64,000 bases of DNA from Ostreococcus lucimarinus (GCA_000092065.1 CP000592.1), one strand, 5' to 3'; shown: positions 8,477 through 19,446, counted from the stretch's first letter. Numbers and translations: made by a program. The notes: generated from the letters alone by a model not told the origin.

Positions 8477-9484
8477 TTACACTGAGACTAGAATAGAGTA
8501 CGCGCGATCGGCGAACGCGTCGGCGGCGGCGATATCGTCCGCGGAAGAACTCGCTAGAAGCTCGTCGACAGTCGTCGTCCAACCCGCGCGCTCAGCTGCC
8601 GATACGCTCGCGACGCACAGTGGCACGGCGCCATCGTCGGAAAACTCGTAATTATCCAACGCAGGTCCCGCGATGTCGATCTCTAACCAAACCTGCGCGT
8701 CATCATTCGCATCTGGCGCGTCGTCTATGCGCACGATGGCCGTTTGATGAAACGCCGCGCGCGTGCCTAATTTCGCCGCAATCGATTCGTCGAATTCGTG
8801 CGTGAGCAAGTTCCGCCTCGACTTCGGGCCCTTCTCGCCGTGATACAAAATCTCGGGATTGGCAAATAGTCCCCCTTTCAACGGCCGTGGTGCCTTCATC
8901 GCGCGCACGTCGCGCACGACGCGCCCATCGCGAGCAACGAGCGCGCGCGTTTGCGTCAATTTGCGAAGCAACGCGCACGTCGCCAAGCCACCAACGCACT
9001 CACTCAACGCCGCGCGTTCGGCTTTGAAATACAACGACCGCAATAGCGCGGCGGTTTCGTTACCCGGCGTCACGCTCGGGAACAACTGTCGGATCGCCTC
9101 CGCGTTTACGTTCGCCCAAAACTCGTCGACGTCTCGCTTGCCCTCGCTCGCGCTCGCGCGTTCCACCACCCACGCCACCGACTTCGCCTCCTTCCCCGTC
9201 TTCGCCGCGACGACGTCGGTGACGGCGCCAGGATCGGTGACGTTCGACAGCGACAATCCAAGCTTCAAGACTCGATAATCAGGCTCGACCGTCGTCGCGT
9301 GCACGACGTGCGACAACACTTTCCCGGCTTCCTCGATGGTGATGGTCGCGGCCCGCACGACCGTCGTCGCGCGTCCTCGCGCGCGCGCGACGCGCGTCGT
9401 CGACGCGAAGATCTCACGCGTTTGAGCGCGCGCTGCGGTCGATCGCGTCGTCGCGCGCGTCGTCGCGCGCGGCGTCGTCATATC
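8477..9484 (-). CDS. Hypothetical protein, possibly 2H-phosphoesterase-like; start uncertain
   Basis: Open frame with two H-x-T-x tetrapeptides (HATT and HQTA) about 190 residues apart. No other recognisable domain. The Arg-rich N-terminus is probably a transit peptide or non-coding. Confidence 0.3.
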   Translation of the reverse strand, partial: DMTTPRATTRATTRSTAARAQTREIFASTTRVARARGRATTVVRAATITIEEAGKVLSHVVHATTVEPDYRVLKLGLSLSNVTDPGAVTDVVAAKTGKEAKSVAWVVERASASEGKRDVDEFWANVNAEAIRQLFPSVTPGNETAALLRSLYFKAERAALSECVGGLATCALLRKLTQTRALVARDGRVVRDVRAMKAPRPLKGGLFANPEILYHGEKGPKSRRNLLTHEFDESIAAKLGTRAAFHQTAIVRIDDAPDANDDAQVWLEIDIAGPALDNYEFSDDGAVPLCVASVSAAERAGWTTTVDELLASSSADDIAAADAFADRAYSILVSV

Positions 9485-9523
9485 CACACACAACGACGCG
9501 CAGTGACGACGACGACGACGACG

Positions 9524-10489
9524 ATGGCGACGTCGATGGCGCCGCGCGGGACGGCGCCGAGCTCCAAGTCTCAGGCGCGCTTTGGGCGACGTACGCACAT
9601 CGCGACGGCGCCGACGCGCAGAGCGCCGACGCGAACGCGCGTCGGTGCTATTAAATCCGACGTCCCACCGCAGCCATTCACAGTTCGCGAGGGCGAACTC
9701 GGTAAAGTGCTGAGCGCGGCTATTCCTCTGGTGCTGCGCCTAGGGACGGGAGCGCTGATCGGGGGGTACGAAGTACGTCTTGACGCGGACGACGATGGGA
9801 GCGAGGGCAAGTACGCCATCGCGCGTTTTGCGAAGCGACGCGTCGCGGAGCGTTCCACGACGTTGCCGACGACGCGGCCGGCCAAACCGATCACGCTGTA
9901 CGAGTACGAAGGAAGTCCGTACTGTAAGAAAGTGCGCGAAGCGTGCTCAGTGCTCGATTTGGACGTTTTGTTCAAGCCGTGTCCGCAAGGCTCGCTCGCG
10001 TTTCGAGCGGAGAGCAAAGCGCTCGGCGCGACGACGTATCCGTTTCTTCTCGATGAAAACACCGGCGCAAAGATGTCTGAAAGCGATGACATCATCGAAT
10101 ATTTATTCAACACATACGGTGGTGAGACGAAGGTTCCATTTCTGCTCAGGCGCGGGGGGCTGGCGACGAACTCGACTGCGTACGCCGCCGCGTTGGCTCG
10201 AATGAAGGGGCTCTCGGCGCGCCAGGCGAAAAAGATCCCCGAGCAACCACTCGAGTTGTGGACGTACGAAATCAGCCCTTTTAGTAAGTTGGTTCGCGAA
10301 ACGCTGACCGAGTTGTGCGTTCCGCACGTGGTGAAGTACTGCCCGCGGGGCTCCGAAAAACGCCACGAGCTATACGCGATGGTCGGGCATTTTCAAGTTC
10401 CTTTCTTGCGCGACGCCAACACTGGGAAGGCCATGTTTGAATCGAAGGATATTTGCGAGTACATCGAGAGCGAGTACGGTAGCAGCTAG
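9524..10489 (+). CDS. Protein with two tandem thioredoxin-fold (GST-N / glutaredoxin-like) domains, likely plastid-targeted
   Basis: Two homologous modules (ITLYEYEGSPYCKKVREACSVLDLDVLFKPCP...DENTGAKMSESDDIIEYL and LELWTYEISPFSKLVRETLTELCVPHVVKYCPRGS...DANTGKAMFESKDICEYI). An Arg/Thr-rich N-terminal presequence precedes them. Confidence 0.6.
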   Translation: MATSMAPRGTAPSSKSQARFGRRTHIATAPTRRAPTRTRVGAIKSDVPPQPFTVREGELGKVLSAAIPLVLRLGTGALIGGYEVRLDADDDGSEGKYAIARFAKRRVAERSTTLPTTRPAKPITLYEYEGSPYCKKVREACSVLDLDVLFKPCPQGSLAFRAESKALGATTYPFLLDENTGAKMSESDDIIEYLFNTYGGETKVPFLLRRGGLATNSTAYAAALARMKGLSARQAKKIPEQPLELWTYEISPFSKLVRETLTELCVPHVVKYCPRGSEKRHELYAMVGHFQVPFLRDANTGKAMFESKDICEYIESEYGSS

Positions 10490-10500
10490 TCAGATTGTAA

Positions 10501-10530
10501 AAGTTACCTAACGAGGAGAAAAAGTTGGGA
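10501..10530. repeat. 30-nt dispersed element (copy B), lying between the convergent GST-N-like and ABCG genes
   Basis: aagttacctaacgaggagaaaaagttggga begins 12 nt after the stop of the gene on the plus strand. It is the exact reverse complement of 2638..2667. Confidence 0.8.
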
Positions 10531-10550
10531 AAAATGTGTCGTCGTCGCGA

Positions 10551-12383
10551 CTACGCAGATTTGGACGCGCCAATCGTTTGCGCCTTCTTGGACTTTCGAA
10601 CGAACATGACGACGTACGCGAGCTTGTACGCGCATCCGATGGCGAAAAGGATCATGGCGTTTTCAAGAAGTTTATCTTCGGAGTCGATGGCGTCGTACGT
10701 GTTATGGAGCGACGCCAAGACTTCTTTGCCGTTGCGGCCGAAGCACAGCGTCGAGCTTCCACACGAGAAACCCGCGGCGGCGCTGGGGTCGGTGACGGCG
10801 CCAGTCCACGTGGCGTCGATGAAATCCAAATACACCAAGTTTTTGATCGCCCACTTCATGAAGGTGATGTAGCTCATGGCGCGGAACGGCCAAATCACGT
10901 CACCTTCTCGAACCATGATGCCACAGAAGAGAAATCCGGCGAACCAGATGTTCATGAACGTCAGCATCCCCATGAGAGGGTTGTCGAACATGATGGAGAA
11001 CACTTGCGCCGCGGACTCGAACGCCCAGAGCGTCAGCGCGTACATCAAGATCACTTGAACGAAATGCGGACCGTACCAAGCGACCATGCCGTATGCGGGG
11101 ATCGCCATCGCGAACAAGGCGAGAACAATCATGATTGGAATCTGAATTATGAGGTTGGAAAGCAAATACGCGTACGGCGACAACAACCCATTCTTCACTT
11201 CACGTTTGATCGCGAAGAATTCTTCGTTGTACACGTACGTTGCGACGACGCCGAGAGACGACGGCACGCCAAGAAACCAGAGGACGAGCCACATGCGAGC
11301 GAAAACTTGCTCTTGCGATCGGGCGCGAGACTCGATGTAAATGACACCGAAGAAGATGCACGCGAATAAGAACATCACCATACGTCCAACGTACATGGAC
11401 GGATCGCGATACGTGATTATCCAGTGACGGCGCACGAGCGTCATCGTCTGCGCGAAAAGATTCGTGCCCTTGCCCGAGACGTCCTCGAGTGGGCCGGTGT
11501 GGTCGCATCCGCTGTCGTTCGGCGTATACTGATCTAAAATCTCATCCACTTGCTTGGGATCGCTAAACTCCGAGTTCACGACGTTTAGCATGTGCTCAGC
11601 GATGGCGTCTCCCGGCGAAACTGGGTGGCCGATGTTCGCAAAGTACGACTCCGTCTTGCTCGCCGGCCCGAGGTAAGCCACGCGTCCCTTACTTAAGAGC
11701 ATAATTCGATCGAAACCATGAAACACCGCGCTCGACGGTTGGTGAATGGTGCAGCAAATGGCAATGTTTGCCGCTTGCGCGAGCTCCTTTAAGAAGGCCA
11801 TGATCGAAGCCGCCGCCGCGGCGTCCAAGCCCGACGTCGGTTCGTCGAGGAACAACACCGACGGCGAGCTCACGAGGGCGATGGCGAGCGACAAGCGGCG
11901 CTTCTGACCACCAGACAGGCCTTTCAAGAACTGATTACCGCACTTCGTATGTCTCGAAGACGCCAAACCGACCGTGTTGATGATGGCGTCCACGCGTTGC
12001 TTCTTCTCTTCCGCGGAAGATTTCAACAATAAATCAGCCGCAAACGTCAGCGTTTCTTCGACGGTGAGAAACGCCCACAAACGATCGACTTGGGGCACGG
12101 TCGAGCAGTGCTTGGTGAAAAGCTCGGGGGTGATCGGAATGCCGTTCAATCGAACGTCTCCGGTGTACGTTCCGCCCTTACCCTCGAGCGTGAGAAGGTC
12201 GATGAGACACGTTTTCCCGGCGCCCGAGGGCCCCAAAATCGCCAGCACTTCTCCCGAACACACTTGACCGCTGATTCCATGCAAGATTTCCTTGCGCTTG
12301 TCGCCTTTTCCGACCTCGAAACGCACGTCGCGGAACGCGAGCGTGGTGTCTTTGCCTGCGTTGGGTTGAACGCGCGCGCTCAA
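10551..12383 (-). CDS. ABC transporter, G-family half-transporter (NBD followed by TMD)
   Basis: Walker A GPSGAGKT, ABC signature LSGGQKRR and Walker B ILFLDEPTSGLD. Six predicted TM helices follow. Confidence 0.85.
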   Translation of the reverse strand: MSARVQPNAGKDTTLAFRDVRFEVGKGDKRKEILHGISGQVCSGEVLAILGPSGAGKTCLIDLLTLEGKGGTYTGDVRLNGIPITPELFTKHCSTVPQVDRLWAFLTVEETLTFAADLLLKSSAEEKKQRVDAIINTVGLASSRHTKCGNQFLKGLSGGQKRRLSLAIALVSSPSVLFLDEPTSGLDAAAAASIMAFLKELAQAANIAICCTIHQPSSAVFHGFDRIMLLSKGRVAYLGPASKTESYFANIGHPVSPGDAIAEHMLNVVNSEFSDPKQVDEILDQYTPNDSGCDHTGPLEDVSGKGTNLFAQTMTLVRRHWIITYRDPSMYVGRMVMFLFACIFFGVIYIESRARSQEQVFARMWLVLWFLGVPSSLGVVATYVYNEEFFAIKREVKNGLLSPYAYLLSNLIIQIPIMIVLALFAMAIPAYGMVAWYGPHFVQVILMYALTLWAFESAAQVFSIMFDNPLMGMLTFMNIWFAGFLFCGIMVREGDVIWPFRAMSYITFMKWAIKNLVYLDFIDATWTGAVTDPSAAAGFSCGSSTLCFGRNGKEVLASLHNTYDAIDSEDKLLENAMILFAIGCAYKLAYVVMFVRKSKKAQTIGASKSA

Positions 12384-12728
12384 TCGTCAGTCAACCCGTC
12401 CATTCCTCACGCGGCATCCAGGGGTACGGACAAGGGCACCGAACGCGATCGAACGCTGTTTCTTCGTCCCGCACCTTTCTCTTGCAAGTCGAGCAGGCTC
12501 GGCGCCTTCTTCATCGGCTTCCCTACTTCGACGTCCATGGTGTGTGCGCGCGCGGGTGTGGTCACGGCGCGCGCGTCGCGATCTCACGCGCGGCGCCGTC
12601 CAGGTCTGGACGCGAGGAGGTGCCGTCTTCGCGCCGACTTTTGCGATGCGAGCGTTTTGATTGGTTGGCTTCGGGAGCGGGTGCAAATGTCTGTTCTGTT
12701 TTACATCGGTTCGTTCGCTCGTTCGTTT

Positions 12729-14408
12729 CTATGCGGCGGCGACGCCCCACGCTGTTTTGAGGTACTTGACTATCCCTCCAACGTACGCGGTTTTCGTCTC
12801 GTCCTGCCAAGACTTTGGCAGTCGAGCGCACAACGAATGTTCAAATTTCTCGAGACGAGTCGTGCCGTCGCGCCAATGCTCGGTGAGAGACACCGGCGTG
12901 GCGTTCAAGTCAATCGCCGCGAGCGGCTCGCTGTCGCCGACACCAGCGTGCGGCGTGGTTCTGAATCTATCTGCGAGGCCTTTGAGTTCGCGCAACACAT
13001 CAGGGGAAACGTCTTCGCATCCGGCGTGTTCGACTTTCAGTTCGTACGGCTCGGGTTCGCCGCCGAAATCGACGCAGTGAAACATCCGAACGTCGCTCTT
13101 CTGTGAGTCGTTTCGTACGTCGTAAGGACCGACGATGGCACCCACGAAGGGTGCGATCGTTTGCGACTCACCATCGGAGCGCGCAAACATCTTTTGATAT
13201 TCAAATTGGTTTTGAATGTCGCGAATCGACGGCTGCGTCGCGAACACGGGATGAGAATGATACCAACCGACGATACCTTCACCTTTGGCCGTCAATGTCT
13301 CGACGATTGCCGGCACACTCTCTGGATCGAGCTCGACTTCGACGCCGGCGTGTTCCTGGACGAGCTGTCGAGCAGGAAGCGCTCGCGTAATGCGCAACGT
13401 CTTCGCGTCGTCGTCGTACACGCCTCCGAGAAATCCGATGATTTCGTCCGAGCACAAATGCGCGTGGAAATCCATCACCAACTCCGCGCCGGAAGTCACC
13501 GTGACTTTGAATGGCTGCGTCCGTCGTTTGTTGTACGCTTCGCACGTCACCATTTGTAAGTCGCCCTGTCCGTCGAAGCTCTCGCCAATGTTGATGTTTT
13601 TAGACGCGTTTCGGCTTTCACGCTTTTCGCGCGCGGGAACGACGATGCGTTTGACCGCCGCATGGTACCCACGCTCGTCGTCCGTGATCTTTTTCCGTTT
13701 CTTCGGCGTCGGCGTCGGCTTCGGCTCGCGCTTCGCCCGCGGCTTGGGTTCGGGCTTGGGTTCGGGAGGGAGTCGCCGCTTGATATCGCCCAACTTTACC
13801 CCGGCGTATTTCACCCAATCCCACCCGTTGTCCACCTTTCGCTCTGGGTTCTTCTCCCGCACGACTGCTAAACGGAACTCGCTCACGGTGTTAAAGACGA
13901 GCGTTTCAACGTCCGCCGCGTCGACGGCGGTTTCCTCGCCACCTTCCTCATCCTTCACCGGCGCGGGATCGACGATCTTCCTCGCTCGCCTCCAGACGAT
14001 CGTTCCGTCTTCTTTCAAATCAGCTAATGTCTCTTCCTTGCGCAGCGTCGTCGACAACACGTTTTCGCCAGCCGCGACGAGGCCGAGCTCGAGCATGCGC
14101 CGCATGATTACTCGACCATCTCGCGTCCCTCGCGCGCGAGGCGCGGTCGCTCGATTCGCCGCGCCTTCGTTCGCGCCGTCATCGTCATCGCCCTCGCCCT
14201 CGCCCTCACCGTCCGTCGTCGTCGTCGTCGTCGTCGTCTTCACCGCGCGTTTCTTTGATTTCGCAGCGGCTCGTCCAAAACGTGCATCGTCGTCGCTCTC
14301 GTCGCTCTCGTCGCTCTCGTCGTCGTCGTACGCCGCGCGTCGACGCGAGCCCGCGTACTCTTCCTCTTGCGCCTGCAGCGCCAGCGCGTAGGCGAGGTCG
14401 TCGTCCAT
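12729..14408 (-). CDS. JAMM/MPN+ metalloprotease-domain protein (MPND / deubiquitinase-like) with an acidic, lysine-rich N-terminal region
   Basis: Intact JAMM motif: E...HAHLCSDEIIGFLGG...WYHSHPVFATQPSIRD, which fits H-x-H-x7-S-x2-D. Confidence 0.7.
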   Translation of the reverse strand: MDDDLAYALALQAQEEEYAGSRRRAAYDDDESDESDESDDDARFGRAAAKSKKRAVKTTTTTTTTDGEGEGEGDDDDGANEGAANRATAPRARGTRDGRVIMRRMLELGLVAAGENVLSTTLRKEETLADLKEDGTIVWRRARKIVDPAPVKDEEGGEETAVDAADVETLVFNTVSEFRLAVVREKNPERKVDNGWDWVKYAGVKLGDIKRRLPPEPKPEPKPRAKREPKPTPTPKKRKKITDDERGYHAAVKRIVVPAREKRESRNASKNINIGESFDGQGDLQMVTCEAYNKRRTQPFKVTVTSGAELVMDFHAHLCSDEIIGFLGGVYDDDAKTLRITRALPARQLVQEHAGVEVELDPESVPAIVETLTAKGEGIVGWYHSHPVFATQPSIRDIQNQFEYQKMFARSDGESQTIAPFVGAIVGPYDVRNDSQKSDVRMFHCVDFGGEPEPYELKVEHAGCEDVSPDVLRELKGLADRFRTTPHAGVGDSEPLAAIDLNATPVSLTEHWRDGTTRLEKFEHSLCARLPKSWQDETKTAYVGGIVKYLKTAWGVAAA

Positions 14409-14739
14409 GACGCGCGCGACGCGGTGCCGACGATCGCGCGGCGGTCCGTCGTCCGGCGATTTCAGATTTCAAACGTCCGACCGGCGATTCACGATTCGAC
14501 GAGGGTCTAGGGTTTAGTCGAGCGCGCGAACGGCCGCCCGCGCGCGTCGTCGTCGGGCGGCGCCCACTCGAACGCGCGTCGACGCGCGTCGATCGCGACG
14601 TCGATCGCGTCGAGCGCGCGCGAGACGAGCGCGACTGTCGTCGTCGACGCGCGCGCGAGCGACGCGCGCGCGAGGGGCGTCGACGACGACGAGGCGCGTC
14701 GACGCGTCGACGCCGCCGCCACCGCGGACCGCGCGCGCC

Positions 14740-16242
14740 ATGTCGACGAAACGAACGAAACGCGAGGCGCTGGGGAAAGAGATCGCGGACGACGCGCTGG
14801 CGAAACCTCGGTCGAAGCGCAAGCAAACGAAGGCGCGCGCGCGGACGGCGGACGAGGAGGATTACCTCCCGGACGCGCTGTCGACGAAGATTTTGAGAGA
14901 GGCGAAGGAGCTGCGAGAGGAAGTCGAGGCGGCGACGTCGAGCGAGGAAGAGGGCGCGGACGATGAGGGGCGAGAGAATCGACGAAGGAAGAGCGGCGAA
15001 CATCGCGTCAAGCTCGGACGAACGCTCGACGCGAAGAGTGCGACTTTGATCGATGACTCGTACGGAAGCGGCGACGACGACGGCGAGGACGAGGCGATGG
15101 GCGACGAGGACGCGCCGAGTCGACGCGGTGGGGCTTTCGACGAGGACGACGATGATGAGGGGTACATCAACGAAGCCGACGGACAGTACGAGGAGGTGGA
15201 AATCAGCGCCGAGGAAGCGGCGGCGTTGGAAGCGTTCATGGCGCCCAAGCTCGGCAAAGACAAAACGCTCGCGGATATGATTATGGAAAAGATTCAAGAG
15301 CACGAGAGCGCTGGTGGGTCTACGGCGCGAGACGAGGAAGGTGAGATGATTCCAGAAGGGTTGGATTCTCGTGTGATTGAGATTTATAGACAAGTCGGCG
15401 AGCTTTTGACGAGGTACACCACGGGCAAGGTGCCAAAGGCGTTCAAAATCATCCCCGCGCTCTCCAACTGGGAAGAAGTTTTGTACTTGACCAATCCCGA
15501 TAGATGGAGTCCGCACGCGATGTATGCGGCGACGCGTCTGTTTGCGTCGAACCTGAATGTGACGATGGCCCAGCGCTTCTTTAATTTGGTGCTCCTGCCG
15601 CGCGTACGCCAGGACATCGCAGACAATCGAAGGTTACACTTCGCGCTCTTCATGGCGCTCAAGAAGGCGACCTTCAAGCCCGCGGCATTTTTCAAGGGTA
15701 TGCTTTTGCCTTTGTGCCAGAGCAAAACGTGCTCGCTGCGAGAGGCGGTCATTTTTAGCGCCGTTTTGTCGCGATGTTCGGTACCAGCGTTGCACTCCGC
15801 CGCCGTATTGATGAAGCTATCCACGTTTGAGTACGCCGGAACGACATCCTTCTTCATGCGCGTATTGCTCGACAAGAAGTATGCACTGCCGTTTAGCGTT
15901 GTGGACGCTCTAGTTGATCACTTTTTGCGCTTTTCGACTGAGGAGCGCGAACTTCCGGTGGTTTGGCATCAAACGTTGTTGACTTTCGTGCAACGCTACA
16001 AGGCGGTCATCGACAAGGAAAGCAAAAAGTTGCTCTTCAAGCTCGTGACGATCAAAAGTCACTACTTGATCACGCCCGAAATTCGTCGCGAGCTCGCACA
16101 CGGTAAGTCTCGAGGGGAGGCGGACAACATGGACGCCGACGTCGGCGTTGGAGCTTTTAGCAAAGCCGTCAAAGCCAAGGCGCTCGAGGAGAACGTGCGC
16201 GATATGCCCGCGATCCCGATGCTCGCCGACGATCAATATTAG
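14740..16242 (+). CDS. Bystin / Enp1 (40S ribosome biogenesis factor)
   Basis: The C-terminal 300 aa (YRQVGELLTRYTTGKVPKAFKIIPALSNWEEVLYLTNPDRWSPHAMYAATRLFASNL...) match the bystin family. The N-terminus is acidic and Lys-rich. Confidence 0.85.
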   Translation: MSTKRTKREALGKEIADDALAKPRSKRKQTKARARTADEEDYLPDALSTKILREAKELREEVEAATSSEEEGADDEGRENRRRKSGEHRVKLGRTLDAKSATLIDDSYGSGDDDGEDEAMGDEDAPSRRGGAFDEDDDDEGYINEADGQYEEVEISAEEAAALEAFMAPKLGKDKTLADMIMEKIQEHESAGGSTARDEEGEMIPEGLDSRVIEIYRQVGELLTRYTTGKVPKAFKIIPALSNWEEVLYLTNPDRWSPHAMYAATRLFASNLNVTMAQRFFNLVLLPRVRQDIADNRRLHFALFMALKKATFKPAAFFKGMLLPLCQSKTCSLREAVIFSAVLSRCSVPALHSAAVLMKLSTFEYAGTTSFFMRVLLDKKYALPFSVVDALVDHFLRFSTEERELPVVWHQTLLTFVQRYKAVIDKESKKLLFKLVTIKSHYLITPEIRRELAHGKSRGEADNMDADVGVGAFSKAVKAKALEENVRDMPAIPMLADDQY

Positions 16243-16352
16243 ACTAGGAACACGCGAGTGTAAAAGTGCAAACTGATGAAAGAATCGCCGTTCACTCCTT
16301 ATTAAAACGTTCGACGCTACAGGTACACAATATTAAGTTGCCAACACTCCTC

Positions 16353-17243
16353 TCAAGCCATGGTGACTTTCGTCGCGCCCATGAATCGCTCGCGCGCGGC
16401 TTCGAAAGCACCCGCCGCAGCCTTGAGCGGGTTCTTGCGCAACGCGTGCTTGCTCTTGCCCAAGCGCGCGAACGCGGTGGAGATCGGGTTCGCGTTGCGG
16501 AAGCTAAGGGACATCGCGGCCGGTCCAGCGCGACGGGATCGAGAGCTCGGTTGTTCGTCCTCGTCTTCATCCTCGTCGTCTTCATCCTCGTACTCATCGT
16601 AGTCTTCGTCCACGGTACGAAGCGTCGCCGGTGCCTCGGTCAAGAACTTGAGCTCTTGCAACTTTTGGTCATTCTCACCCTCCGGGACGTCGATGTTGTA
16701 GTATCTCCAAGCGCGCTCCCAAAGTTGGTTGAATCGCTGCATTTGCGCGAAAACCTTCGGTTGCGTTTGCTCGAGATCGGCCGGAGGCTCGAACTGCTCG
16801 CCCTTGTACCCGGGCATTTGCCACTCGGTGCCGCGATCGTACACCACCGGGTGGTGACTCTCCGCCGTATCCGGGTTCGAGATGTTCTCCAACACCACGA
16901 CTTCGCCATCGGGCTTACCCGTGAACAAACGCGCGCGCGTCGCCACTTCCATCGCGTGCATCATTGCTCTGTTTTGCTCATCCTCCCCACAACGTCCCGT
17001 GTATTCGCCGAGATATTGGTCATCCTTCCACTCGCCCACCTCGACCGCGCCCGAACCGTAGAGCTTCACCCCGCACCCGTTCTGGGAGTTATTCTGCCAA
17101 TGTCCGTAATACGTGGAGTCATCCAAACCCCACGTGTACACTCCGTAGCCGTGCATCATACCTTCGGAGTATTGTCCTTCGTATCGGTCGCCGTCGACGT
17201 ACTGAAACACGCCCAACTTTTCACACTGCCCGTAGTTACTCAC
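16353..17243 (-). CDS. MORN-repeat protein with an acidic C-terminal tail
   Basis: Repeated YEGQY..G..HGYGVYTW / YYGHWQNN..NGCGV motifs, followed by a DEDYDEYEDEDDEDEDEDE tract. Confidence 0.6.
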   Translation of the reverse strand: MSNYGQCEKLGVFQYVDGDRYEGQYSEGMMHGYGVYTWGLDDSTYYGHWQNNSQNGCGVKLYGSGAVEVGEWKDDQYLGEYTGRCGEDEQNRAMMHAMEVATRARLFTGKPDGEVVVLENISNPDTAESHHPVVYDRGTEWQMPGYKGEQFEPPADLEQTQPKVFAQMQRFNQLWERAWRYYNIDVPEGENDQKLQELKFLTEAPATLRTVDEDYDEYEDEDDEDEDEDEQPSSRSRRAGPAAMSLSFRNANPISTAFARLGKSKHALRKNPLKAAAGAFEAARERFMGATKVTMA

Positions 17244-17688
17244 GAGGCCTTCGTAACTGCGTCGAAAGACACGCGCAAGCGATGGTTAAAATATCAGTCG
17301 TACGTTTCGTGCGAGATTTCGCGCGCCATCGACGTCGCGCGCGGCGATTTCGCGCTACAATCGCGAACAATCGCCTCGAGGGTTTCCGCGCGCGCGAGCG
17401 AACGAGTTCGCGCCGCGTTCGCGTCGATGCGACGTACGTGGCGCCATCTGAGAACACGATCGCATCCCAGGTATATTTCTTCTGAAATTCTCGCGGGATG
17501 TTGGACCCCATGACGTCGCGCGCGAAGGTTCGAGAGGCGATGAGTGACGACGGCCAGAGGCGAGGGTTTGAACAGCCAGAGTGGGCGCGCGAGACAGAGC
17601 GCGCGGGAGCGGCGGGATCGAGCTATGACTACGGTGATATACAACACACACGGACTAACGGTGCGCAAAATAAGATGATGCTATGTCG

Positions 17689-19140
17689 CTACGCGCGCGC
17701 GTGCTCGCGAGAGATGATTTCGTCGCCCGGGTCGTCAGGGTGGCGCGGCTTGAAGAAATCGTACACGCGCTTACTCTTCACCTCGCCGAATCTATTCTTC
17801 CCACCGACGATGTCTTTGAGCATGTTTTCTTTATCCGCGATCGACGTGCGCGGATCTTCGTAGGCCGACATGAGAGCGGCCATGGATTTGTACTCGCGAA
17901 CGATGCCGCGCGCGTGCGGGGCGGTGACGCCAGATATGCGCTGCAGCGCTCTGAGGAAGAAATCTTGCGAGGTTGGCTTTTTACTTTTTCCCGATGTTCC
18001 ATCCATGTAATCGTGTGATTTATCGAGAAGAAAGTCTTTCGATAGCGGTGGCTCGTGACGACGCCGGGCGATGGCGTCGTGGATCATGACGACGTGCTCG
18101 ACGCACTCGGCCATTCCCGGAAGCGCGACGAGGACTACGTCGGCGTATTGCACCACTATCTGTGCGACGCACATGTCGTACTCATCTCGCGACCAACCGG
18201 CGTTTGGATTATCATAGTCGCACCCTCGGCGCTCTTTGGAGGTGCAGAACTTATCCGGTGATTCGACGATGACGCACAGTTTATGTTCGCCGCCGCCGGT
18301 TTCTCGCTCAAACGTCTCCACCATCTTTCGCAAGCCCGCGGAATCGTTTTCGATGAGCTTTAAAAACGCGTCCCCACTCAGCAACACGGCGGTATATCGC
18401 GCGCTGTGCGCACCGACGTCGTCTGAGCGCACTGGAACGTCCGACACGGCGTGATACGTCCACGTAACGCTCCGCTCGAGAGGCAAATTTTCATACTCGT
18501 ACAAAATTTGCTTATCTCCAGCCTTGTGCCGGTTGTTGTCGAACCGCACGACGAGCGAGCGCCCGTACGCCGAATCATTTTTGAAGCTCTTCGCGTCCAA
18601 CGCGCACGTCACCTGACTGTACAATTGTTTCCTGCTATCCGGTTCCGGAAACGCCTTCGATTTCGTCGCGTCGGCGTTTCGATTCGAGCGCGACGGCGCG
18701 TTTCGCACCACCGTCGTCGCCGCGTCGAGTCGCGCGTCGTCGCGCGCACCGCGCGCCTCATCATCCACGCGTCGTCGAACGCGACGCGCCTCCACGTGCG
18801 TCGTCGTCGCGTCGATCACGCGTCGTTCCGCGCGTTTCGCCGCGACGTCCTCCTCCCTCTCCGCCGCGCCGTCGTCGCCGTCGCCGTCGCCGTCGTCGTC
18901 GTCGACGTCGTCGTCGTCCAACAGATCGATCACCTCGATCGCCGCGCGCGCGCGCGCGTCGCGCTCGACGAGCGTCTCTTGCGTCGATCGCAGCGCCGGT
19001 GCGAATTCGTCCTCGACGTCTTCGAACGCGTCGTCGTCGTCGGACGTCGTCGCGTCGCGCGTCGCGCTCGGCGCGCGCGCGATCGATTCGCGCGCCGTCA
19101 GAGACGGACTCAGAAGCCACGCGCGCGCGCTTCGAAGCAT
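17689..19140 (-). CDS. EME1/MMS4-like protein (ERCC4-like domain plus tandem helix-hairpin-helix); non-catalytic partner of MUS81
   Basis: The C-terminal FLRALQRISGVTAPHARGIVREYKSMAALMSAYED...ENMLKDIVGGKNRFGEVKSKRVYDFF parallels the EME1 (HhH)2 tail. A nuclease-like region precedes it but lacks the ERK catalytic triad. Confidence 0.5.
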   Translation of the reverse strand: MLRSARAWLLSPSLTARESIARAPSATRDATTSDDDDAFEDVEDEFAPALRSTQETLVERDARARAAIEVIDLLDDDDVDDDDGDGDGDDGAAEREEDVAAKRAERRVIDATTTHVEARRVRRRVDDEARGARDDARLDAATTVVRNAPSRSNRNADATKSKAFPEPDSRKQLYSQVTCALDAKSFKNDSAYGRSLVVRFDNNRHKAGDKQILYEYENLPLERSVTWTYHAVSDVPVRSDDVGAHSARYTAVLLSGDAFLKLIENDSAGLRKMVETFERETGGGEHKLCVIVESPDKFCTSKERRGCDYDNPNAGWSRDEYDMCVAQIVVQYADVVLVALPGMAECVEHVVMIHDAIARRRHEPPLSKDFLLDKSHDYMDGTSGKSKKPTSQDFFLRALQRISGVTAPHARGIVREYKSMAALMSAYEDPRTSIADKENMLKDIVGGKNRFGEVKSKRVYDFFKPRHPDDPGDEIISREHARA

Positions 19141-19354
19141 CGCGCGCGCGCGCGCGCGCGCGAGCGAGTGGGGAGTCTCGACCCGCCAACGTCTCGACCG
19201 CTCGACCGCGCGTTCGCGATCGAGGCGCCATTCCTCCGCGCGTCGCGCGCGTCGCGCGCGCGTCGATCGCCGCGGCGACGACGAGGACGACCGTCATCGC
19301 TCTCGTCGTCGTCGCCGCGATCGACGCGTCGCGCGCTCGGATCGCCTCGACCGT

Positions 19355-19389
<35 letters not shown>

Positions 19390-19446
19390 CGCGTGCCCGG
19401 TTCGCGCGTGCCTCGAATCGCGATCCGCGTCGCGGTCGAGCGCGCG

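Noticed and set aside
12090-13106. ORFs on the opposite strand overlapping real genes, for example 12090..13106 plus over the ABCG and JAMM genes, 14206..15516 minus over bystin, and 22397..22714 plus over POLD2.
   Set aside because: They lie antisense to motif-rich, well-supported CDSs and have no motifs themselves. This is typical antisense openness in GC-rich coding DNA.
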